Positions 12,760 to 22,690 of a stretch of 64,000 bases of DNA are shown here, piece after piece; the first letter of the stretch is position 1; each line of letters begins with the position of its first letter. The stretch lies in contig CM041465.1 of NCBI GenBank assembly GCA_023213395.1, forward strand, positions 62,317,741-62,381,740, read 5' to 3'. Source of the DNA: Cycas panzhihuaensis. Taxonomy: Eukaryota > Plantae > Cycadophyta. Below the pieces are notes generated by a model. It worked only from the letters and a program-made list of their open reading frames with translations. It was not told the DNA's origin and made no database searches. Made by a program: the position numbers and the translations under genes.

Positions 12760-15700
12760 CTAGAATCCTTGCATAGAGGAGTATAATCATATGCCTATAT
12801 GTGATAAAAAGTCTGTGGAGGTTTGAGGATTTCTTATCCAAAGTCCATAGTGTACAATCTCCTGGATGTCACGCTCTCAAGAGGTGTCATCCCCTCATTT
12901 GCAGGATCCCTCATTGAGGGACCACATATCTCTTAGGATTCTACAACATTGCTGCAAGCTCCTTGCCTTGCTCTCCTCATCTTGAGGCATCCTCTAGGTC
13001 ATTAACGTGGTGTGTGACCCAGTGTATGATGACCTAATAGTGATATGCTCTACTAGTTGATCGTATCTATCCCAGATACTATCTCTCTCTCTCTCTGCTC
13101 TATGGAGTCTCTCCTCCATCACAACAATCTATATGCTACTCTCTACATCCCTGCCTACTCCTCTTCCCTAGGCCTTGAGTCCTTATACCTGGCCCTGTAG
13201 GGTGTCCCTCTTAACCACCAGCTTGTCTCTCTCTACCTGTCACCCATCCAGGGTGCTTTGTAGCTGACCAACCCTCAAGTGGAGCCCTTGGGAGTCTACC
13301 ACCTATATATCCTTGGACTAAGTTAGTGGGGTGAAAGTTGTTATGTGTGGCCCTACTAATCACGGCTCCTCAGTAGCCAAGATGGGAGGCTATCCCTTCA
13401 CATAGACTTGGGGGAATAGCTCACATACTATTGCCTCTAGTAACCTCTCCATCTCTAGTCCCCCTACCAAATAATGCATACTATGTCAATGTAGTATATA
13501 TATACCTATATACAAAAACATTAAAATATAATGAAAACCTTCTAGGGAAGCATTAAATGATCAAAAGGATGTTGAGTCAGGGTAGAATCTCACCTCTTGG
13601 GATGACTGGCTCCTTCACTTGGATCATCACTTCCTCTACTATAGCTCCCCCTACTGCTACCCCTATCTCCTTGACCTGTGGTGCTACCTCACCCACCACC
13701 TAGGCTACCAGGGTATCTCCTCCCTCTAATACCTTCTCTCATGGGACCTCTCTATCTGTAGCAGTTATCACTGCCTTTGCCTCTACCACCATGGATACCA
13801 CTACTACTAGGGCTCTACCTATACCTCCCCTATGAAGAGAAAATATAACTAGAGAAGTAATGTGATAACAGAACTCTAAATCATATGAAGAACAAATAAC
13901 ATAAACAAATCAAACACTAAATAAATAACACTAGGAGATTCAGGTCGAAGCATAGACCTTTTATTAATCTGAGCAACAACTAAAGAATTACAGAGATGAA
14001 TGAACCTCAACTCTTCTCCTTGACTCATCCACAACCATTACATCATCTTCATATATTACATGTGTCATTATATAAGAATATATAGATACAACATCACAAG
14101 ATACCATCTTATGGTTTTACAATACAATCGGCATAAACCATTGGGTTGACAAAGGGGCTTTGGTGTAATGCCTATACCCATGTAACACTTGTAAAGTATT
14201 CAACATATCTAACAATCTCCTACTTGTTAAACACTTTACAAGAAAACCTGCATACATAACTACTGAATTCTAAAATCACAAACACCTATTTCAATTCTAC
14301 ACCATTTAAATTTTTTTATGCTAACAATCTTAGTCAATGAGTCTGCAGCATTCTCTTGTGTACCAATCTTCTGCAAGTCCACCTTATGATCTTGAACTAT
14401 TTCCCTTATAAAATGGAACTACACATCAATATGCTTCGACCAAGCATGAAAAATTGGGCTCTTTGCTAGGTAGATTGTACTTTGACTATCATAATCTATC
14501 CTCACAGTATCATTCTTAAAGTCAATATCTGTCATAATCTCTATAACTAGAGTGCTTCCTTGCATACATGAGTAGCTACCATATACTATGCCTCTATGCT
14601 AGAAAGTGCCACAACTTGTTGTCTTTTACTGATCCAGCTGATTGTGCCACCATAAAGGGTAAAAGTATATTTTCTTATAAATCTTCTACTATCAAGATCT
14701 CCAACCTAATCAACATTACAAAACCTCTCAGGTTTATTATTCTACTCTTCATAGGATCTCCTTGATAGTAAATTCCATAGTCTGATGTACCTCGTAGATA
14801 CCTAAAAATCCTTTTCAAAGCCACCTAATGCTCTCTACATGGGTTTGACATGTAGCTGCTAACTACTCCCACTACATAGGCAATGTCTAGTTGAGTGCAA
14901 ACCATCACATACATTAGGCTACCAACATCGTAAGCATAAGCGATAAATACCATGTCTTCAACTTCTTGGTGAGTCTTTGGGTATTGTTTAGCTAATAATT
15001 TTAAAACAGCAAGAACATTAATTGGTTTACTATCTTACAACCTAAACCTTTGCAATATTGTCTCAATGTATTATCATTGGCTAAGCCAAATCTTCTTATT
15101 TCTCCTATCCTTTTTAATCTTAATGCCCAAAATAAAATGTGCAACACCAAGGTCCTTCATCTCAAAGTGAGATGCTAGTTGGTCTTTCACAAGCTGGTTC
15201 ATTTATTTATTATTACTAACTAAAAGTATGTCATAAACATATAAAGGCAGAATGAAAAAATGATCACCAACTTACTTATAATAAATACAATGATCTACTT
15301 TATTATGCACAAAGCCATCTACCAACATATATGAATCAAACTTTTGATACCACATCCTTGGTAACTGTTTCAAGCCATATAATGACTTCTTCAACCTGCA
15401 TACCATATCCTCCTTTCCTGTAACTTCAAACCCTTCAGGGTGTGACATATCTAACACCCTCTACCTGCTAGTCTTGGTAGTGGCCTATCTCTTCCTATTG
15501 GCGTCGATGGACCTACCTTATCTCCTACAACTCCCGATGGTCTTGCTCCATCCCCTCTATTATTGTCACTAGCCTTATTAGGCTCATCTCCTAACTCTCT
15601 ACCTTTATCATTACTCTCCCAGTGGATAGATCGATAGTGATCCACTATATTATCAATTAGGGTTAAGAGATCTAGCAATATCGCTACCATTGATTGCCAC

Positions 15701-16443
15701 ACATGGACCTGATCACCAGTCCCTCTGAACCTCATCTTCCACTTGTGAACCATGGGGGCCCTAGCTAAGATGGGATATGGCCCTCCTAGGAGTTTCACCA
15801 CTCTGAAATGGTAAAAAAACTAGCACTAGAATAGCGTACAGTGTGAGAAAGCGCCTCTTTCAGCCACTTGTATCTAGTCAAGTTGTGCAATCAAGTTGAT
15901 TGCTATCAAGGTAGCCCAACCAAACCTCTCTCTACCCTCACACCTCCTAATAGTGGTCATCTAGCCTCTTAGGATATTCATGTAGTTATGTTTATGGGAA
16001 ATCTAGAATAGAATAGCCAGAGAAATGAGTTTCCTTACTCAAGGAACTCTAGATAAAGCCATCACTCAGATTGAGACTCCTCGCCGATCCCATCAGCCCT
16101 GTCCTGTAAAGAATCTGGCTGCCTTCCTATGGGTAGCGTCTATGCTAAGCAGTGCACCTAGTGACATTGGTGTCCCTCTTAATGGGACACTCAGGTCTCT
16201 CCTGATATCCCCAAGCATGATAGAGATATCTCCCACCTATGGGAGGTGGAGTACATCCCTTTATCAATCCTAGTGAGAGATGATGTCTACTAGGAGGTAC
16301 TGTTCAGATGTATGCTGTAGAGTCTTGATGACCTTCAAAAGCCCATAACATCATAAAGTCACCACTTCTAGTGTGTCATCATCTCAATAGAACTCATCAT
16401 CACCATACCTATATTCTCATGGTTATCAACTGTGAGGATAGCC
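12760..16443 (-). pseudogene. Antisense spliced Plant Mobile Domain (PMD, aminotransferase-like) gene inside the Tat element, interrupted by a copia fragment
   Basis: 16443->15452 reads 'YGLLKVIKTLQHTSEQYLLVDIISH*D**RDVLHLP*VGDISIMLGDIRRDLSVPLRGTP...RFGWATLIAINLIAQLD*...TLF*C*FF..HF..APMVHKW', matching the PMD pattern. Downstream exons 13829-13594 and 13463-~12760 are joined in frame across a GT-AG intron (13593-13464). Confidence 0.75.
13861..15452 (-). mobile_element. Nested 5'-truncated Ty1/copia fragment (RT-RNase H, PPT, 3' LTR)
   Basis: 'PEGFEVTGKEDMVCRLKKSLYGLKQ' (15272-15457); RH 'FHAWSKHIDV*FHFIRE'; PPT AAGTAGGAGAT at ~14215-14225; putative TG..CA LTR 14214->13861. Confidence 0.85.
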
Positions 16444-17669
16444 TGCAGATAAAAAGAAAAGTTAGAGATCTACTAATCCACTCTGCCATGTTCCATGCAC
16501 CCCTTTGGATGGCTGAAGCTCCATTAGGCTGAGCAAACCCATCCATTGGGGCCTCTTTTCTTTCTTTCCCCCTATCCAACCTCTACTCTATGTTAAACTC
16601 TATGATACCGCAGATATTAATACAGGGCTCCCTAAGAAAATCCTATTTTCTTGGTAACCCTGCTGTAAATATTGTGGCACCATGACATTTGTTGTGGGGC
16701 TATGGATACCCTGCTTAAAACTCAAAAAAAAAATTCCTAAGTAGACCAAACATAGCCCACTAGAACTAGGGTTGCCTAATGCTCGAGTCCTCACCCTTCT
16801 TAGGCCTCATTCGAGCTCTAGGGGGTCTTGATTACCCTTGTGGGGCCCAAAATGAACTTTATAAACTACAAAAAAGTGATTAAATGAAATTGACGAAATG
16901 AAATGGCTAGGGGAAGAACCACTCACTAGATCAGGCCTAATCATTAAAATCTCATCTTTGCGATCCCCATGGTTATCCTCTGTCCCTGATCTAATGTCCA
17001 GATCTCTCTCTAGGTGCTCTTGAATGCTAGTATAGCCTCACTACGTAGAGGCAAGGGCTCCAAATTTCTCTTAGGGTCCATGAAAGTGAATCCCATTTTC
17101 ATCCTTGTCCCATTTTTTATACACAGGGTCCCTCAGGGATACCATCTCCTTTCTCCTCATCACGACAACCCTCAAGATCATCCCATTATCATCATTCACT
17201 TTGTCTTTAGGGTCAGACCCTCATTTTACTCTCACAACTTCTATTTTACTCCCTTTTAGCACATTTATGGCAACCCCTTCTACCTCCTCAGGGTCCCTTC
17301 TGCCTCATTTTTTATGCTGCTATGAAACGTACCCATGTTTATACTCCTTTGACTTGTTTAACTACCCTAGATCCATTTTTTCCATCTGTTTGAGCCTTTG
17401 AGGCTCCTAAGGGAAGCTCCTCCTACCTTCGAGGCCTCCATAAGCCCTTTCTCAACCCCTAGGGGCTCTAAAGGAGCTTATCTACTAATCTTTTCTCACC
17501 CTTTCACTAGATGAGCCTCCCTCGAGCTTGGTAGCCTACCTTTAGGGTTCTCCTATCATGATCCATATTTATAGCTTTCTAAGCTATTATAGCCATGTCA
17601 CTACACCTTTATTTTGCATATTGACCTTACAGCCACCATCTCTTATGTTGCTTGACTCAAACTCTATTC

Positions 17670-18070
17670 TTTTTACCACGATATTGCTCATCTTTACTAA
17701 TAGAGGAAGTCGTGGCAATCTTAGACCTTTGGCAGCTATGTGGATCCTTCGTGATCCCTCTGGATATGACTATATGTGCTCTAAAATCTTTCTACTTAAG
17801 GTTATGAATAATAAAGTTGAATACATAGGTATTATTAAAGCTCTTACTCATGCACTTCACTTTCACAATGGCCCTATCATCCTTTGTTATGACTCTCAAA
17901 TCATCGTGTCACAACTAACCTAGGTTTACTAGGAACGTTGCCCATGATTGAGAACCCTTAATTTCATCGTCATGTCCTTTTTGTCTTACTTCTCTTCCAT
18001 GGATGTTTAGCACATTCCCTAAGATTTGAATGATGAGGCAGATGGCCTTATTCGTCACATCCTTAAGTGT
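17670..18070 (+). pseudogene. Archaeal-type RNase HI (aRH) ORF located 3' of the integrase
   Basis: 'IFTNRGSRGNLRPLAAMWILRDPSG..NNKVEYIGIIKAL..CYDSQIIVSQL...HIP*DLNDEADGL' matches the DGxSRGNPG / NNxAEY / DSQ / HxxRxxNxxAD motifs. Confidence 0.9.
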
Positions 18071-18569
18071 TGTCTCCTTCTCTTGGATGATCCTTCCTAG
18101 GTAGCTTAGTGAGTCAGTTGATTGTCCAGGCTCTAGAATGATCCTTTATTTCATTGTGATCCCTTTGTACCTCTCAAAGGAGGCCACTAATGAGTTTAAA
18201 CTATGGTGACCACTAGGTTTAGATCTCCACTCTGTCCTTCATACCACACATGGCATAAGGCTCTTGCATTCTTATTCTCTATATGTTAATATCGTTTTCC
18301 CATATTTGTTTATTGATTGTGCTCACAACCTTGCATGGTATTCATCTTGCACGAGGGCAATGGGGGCAACCCCCTCATCTCCTCATCCTTTCACATTAGA
18401 CTCTCGGGCAACATACATGTAGCCCTTATGGTCCTCCTTCACCTTCCTTATCCATGTGATCTGCCATGACATTTGCCACTTCCCTTGGAAGATGATACTT
18501 TTTGCATTAGTAAATGATACTAATCTTTTTATATTGATAGGATTTTCCATCACCAGATGCTTTTAGACA

Positions 18570-19945
18570 ACATCTCTTAAGTAGGCATATGTATTTGTCT
18601 CTATCCTTGCTCCTCGTTTACCTTAGGATGTGATGAGATGTTTGATTATTGTATTTTGTATAATACTATTATATGCATAGTTAAGATGCCTAGTTTGCCT
18701 AGCCATTATTATGCCTCTGACTATGATCCAGCCTATAATGACTCAAGACCACATCCTATGGCACTATACGGTCCCTTATAACACCTCCTCAGCACTCATG
18801 GGTACTCATAGGCCCCCCTAGCCCATTTTTTATTCATTATTGGCATAATACGTAATCCCTAACACCTTATTTTAGGCCTGATCATCTTTGTATATGTTAT
18901 TCATCCCTTGTTGGGCCTTTTTTACCCTCTTTTACATATTTGGAAAGGTCCCACTAATGGCTAGAGGTCTTCTAAAGGATTTACTAGTCTAACATACTAC
19001 TCTGTTGTGCCCTAGGACTCTCCTTTTGGGGGTCCCCTATACCTCCCTTTTATTTTGTTCACACCATGGTAATATTCATGGTATCACAGTAAAATTCATA
19101 GTACCATGAAGTTTACCACATGGCGATTGTCCATTGACTTCTAAGGCCTAGTAACGACCAGATTCATACTTATTACAAAGCTGACATGTGGCAATACACT
19201 ATTTCTTACTCAAAGTGAACTCTAATCACTTGGGAAACTAGATTTGGGTCTCTCTTCCTAATATTCTCTTCTTTAATGATGAAACCCTAGAATGTAGGTC
19301 TATACTATTTCTTCTCTAGTAGGTCTTCCTTCCATGGTGCTCACTCTAGTAGCAGCAATAGGTTTCAAGAGTTTTCGAGCCTTATTCTTGCCTGTAAAAG
19401 GAGCCCTTTCTTCACCTAGTAAGAGGGATCCTTAACTTTTCATTGATACATGAGATAACATTCATTTTACTCCAATTTTTATGACTGTAACAGGTTTATT
19501 TGTTGTTGTTCTCCCCTTTAATAAGTATATTTGGTATATATTTCTATTTATTGCAAGTTTTGCATATATCTTTATCTCTTTTAGGGTGTCCAAAGGAAGG
19601 TAAACCCTTCCTTTCTCCTTGATTGCACCTCCATACCCCTTGGGTTCTTCTTGGGACACAACTAGGTGGATTATTGGATCCCTTAAATAGGGAGAAGAGG
19701 AGTTCACGGCTAGGGTTTTGACCTTTACAACCATATCCTCCACGGGCAACCCCCTACCTCTCTTCGATTTCCTACTCCATATCCATCCTACGTAGTGAGA
19801 AACCTCTTAAGTGAAGGCCTCTATTGGTTATAGCATTTGCAGCCCCTTACAATGCCTACAACCAACTTGTATATACATTATTTGGCAGCAAGTTTCTTTG
19901 TATGCTTTGTCATTTCACAGGATTTCCATTTCTCTTGCATATCTT
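18570..19945 (+). repeat. Partial 3' LTR of Tat copy 1 (PPT/LTR start deleted, right end truncated)
   Basis: Homologous to 50205-51662, which follows a PPT. Its distal part matches the 5' LTR at 3420-4175. Confidence 0.65.
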
Positions 19946-20019
19946 GAGTGGCCATTTAATATTGAATTAATTCAAATTAAGGATTTATTAATTATAAATA
20001 TTAAATATTTATCAATTAA

Positions 20020-22050
20020 TATCTAAGGCCTAATCACTATGGCTAAATTAAAATAGAGAGGCCATGGTGGATAAATAAAAAGTAGTGCATATAATGTTGG
20101 CACTATTGTTACATCCATGATTGGAGCCTTTGACTAACAATTATATGATAATATAGAGGTTAAACCTTCTTTGAGCGTAGTAAAGGGAAGGCACATCCTA
20201 TAGTTTTACTCTTCATAGTGAAGGGAGGGACACCATAGATATCTCTTTTTAATCACATAGTTTTATAGTGCCCTCTTTAATCATAAGATTGAAGAATCTA
20301 GTTCATCCTCTTAAATAACAGAATCTTTATAGGGACCCTTCTTTCATCATATTTTATAGAAAAATGTCACACAATAGGATTTTCCACTAGAGTGTTCACT
20401 TTCCTATCTTATAGTGACTCAATCTTCTTTTCTTCATGGTGTTCTCTTACTCTTTTTAGCTTAATGTTATTATAGTTAGATCAAAGTCAAGATCTAATTA
20501 AAGTGCCCTTGACCTAAAGACACATACCTTTCCTAAGTGTAGCAAGAGGAAGGTTATCCATTTCCTCAGTATAGTAAAGGGAAGGACAAGATCTTGCTCT
20601 TTTTAGCTTGGTATTATTATAGTCAAATCAAAGTAGAGATCTAATTAAAGTTCCCTTAACTTGAAGGCACATGCCTTTCCTAAGTGTAGCAAAAGGAAGG
20701 TTATCCATTTCCTGACTATAGTAAAGGGAAGGACAAGATCTTGCTCTTTTTAGCTTGGTATTATTATAGTCAAATCAAAGTAGAGATCTAATTAAAGTTC
20801 CCTTGACTTAAAGGCACATGCCATTCCTAAGTGTAGCAAAAGGAAGGTTATCCATTTCCTTAGTGTAGTAAAGGGAAGGACAAGATCTTGCTCTTTTTAG
20901 CTTGATATTATTATAGTCAAATCAAAGTAGAGATCTAATTAGAGTGTCTTCAAACTTTGTTTAGAGGATTTCACACTACAATGTGATCTTACTTTCATTA
21001 GCTTAATGTTTCTTTTTAGATAGTGAATAGTGTTCCCTCTCTTTTCTTAGCTTAATTTTTTTAGTATGAGATCTTGTTTTTTATAATGCATAATGTTCTC
21101 TCTTCCTCAATAGCCTTCAATATTCTATGAAACTCAAAGCTAGAAGAAAAAGGAGAGCACACTATTTATTTCTTCCTAAAAAGGTTTAAGAAGGTTATTC
21201 CTTTCTTGAGCATAGCAAAGTGAAGGAATTGGAGTAATTCAAAAAGTGTTTGAGAAACATTAAGCTAAGAAAAGTAAGATCACATCTTCCCATCCCTTCT
21301 CTATGCCCAAGAAAAAGATAACCTTCCCTTTCCTATGCTAAAAAAAGGGATGTGCCTTCTTAATAAGGGTCAATATTAAGAGGGCACTATAACAACATCA
21401 AGTTAAAAATAACAAGATCATACCTAATAATCAAGAGCACTCTAATTAGATCTCTATATTAATCTAACTATAATAACATCAAGCTAAAAGGAGTAATATT
21501 ACACTCTAATGTGAAATCTTATTATGTGATTAAAAAAGTGTGAGCTATAGTTAGGATTAGCTAAAACTCTTTTTTAAAAATTAGACCCTTTCCTTCACTA
21601 CACTCAAGAACGGGATAATCTTCCCTTTGTTACACTCAAGAAAGGGATAATCTCCCCTTTGTTACACTCAAGAAAGGGATAACCTTCCCTTCGCTATGTA
21701 AGGTAAAGGGTGTACCATACACTATAGATGGGGGATGCCACTGTTAGATCTCTGTTATAGTAATTAAGATCAGGGCTTGATCACTATCACTATGGCTATT
21801 AAATCTTTCTTTCTTAGAATGAAGAGCCTAATCACTATGGCTAAATCAAGATAAAAGTAATCTATACCATAGGGTCTATAATTGAGATCTAGCACTAATC
21901 ACATCCCTATGAATTATGATCTTCCCTATCCATTAGAATCAGGGCTAGATCACTATCGTTGTTAAATATTCATATGGATTAGAATTAAGGATCTAGTCAC
22001 TAATTCATAGTTGCTATGGCATTTAAGTCCAAGTTGGTTAGAAAGATCAA
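20020..22050. repeat. Foldback-type repeat: 147-bp tandem array (20444-20940) with inverted related copies and 32-bp tandem subrepeats (21250-21700)
   Basis: 'ATCTTGCTCTTTTTAGCTTG' at 20591, 20738 and 20885 (147-bp spacing). Reverse-complement copies in 21250-21530. 'TACACTCAAGAA' at 21599, 21631 and 21663 (32-bp spacing). Recurrent (CTA/TG)ATCACTAT motif. Confidence 0.8.
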
Positions 22051-22229
22051 GCACTAAATAATTTGACTATACACAAATATAATAAAGTGTATGACAAGTG
22101 TAGATGTATAAAATAAACTGATAACAAGGATGCCTACCTCCACATCAAAGGACTATACTCTTGACCTCTAGAATTTATACCTTGATAGAAGGTGCCTTTA
22201 GCCTATGTTATATTATTAGCTTTAGATAT

Positions 22230-22690
22230 GCAATAATTTGGTTGCAAATCATGAAAGTATAAATCTGCTTGTGGTATATACAATTATTTATGATCTCAAC
22301 CATAAATCCTTGAATACATTAGTTTCAATAATGATGTTAATGCTTATCTTGATACCATTGATTAGTGGATGAAACTAGTTAATTATAAAATAAAAACTTT
22401 GTTATAAGACACATTAAGATATGTTCATAATGAAACAAACTTGATGCAATAGAAGTTGATCACATTGAAATTAATATCATTGGTGATCAACCACCTCTTA
22501 TGAGGACATTACTCCTTAATGGCAATCAACCTTGCATCACTTTCATAACTATATTAGACATCCCACAATCCAACACTATCAAATTATAGAGACTCTTATG
22601 CAAGAAAGAGGCGGTCATTCTTATTGACCCGATAAGCACTCATAACTTTATAAACACTAAGGGTGCAAATCGATTGGGCCTTTTCATTGA
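22230..22690 (+). pseudogene. Ty3/gypsy gag-protease remnant
   Basis: 'IPQSNTIKL*RLLCKKEAVILIDPISTHNFINTKGANRLG' resembles the ILIDSGSTHNFI protease motif. Confidence 0.7.

Larger units (their letters stand above)
3420..19945 (+). mobile_element. Large degenerate Tat-lineage Ty3/gypsy LTR retrotransposon (copy 1), both LTRs partial
   Basis: Partial LTRs (3420-4175 matches 19245-19945), Arg-type PBS at 5923-5940, gag-PR-RT-RH-INT, and a long 3' region with PMD and aRH. Confidence 0.85.

Noticed and set aside
15805-16038. Apparent GT-AG intron within the PMD region
   Set aside because: The interval translates in frame into conserved PMD motifs (FGWA.., LFxCxF..HF), so it is coding.
19462-19749. 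Minus-strand ORF recurring at 51179-51460 and ~3700-3990
   Set aside because: It lies in LTR copies, so recurrence reflects DNA repetition. It has no recognisable domain and is interrupted in the 5' LTR.
20444-21700. CRISPR-like regular repeats
   Set aside because: The units are contiguous tandem copies with no unique spacers, there are no cas genes, and the context is eukaryotic.
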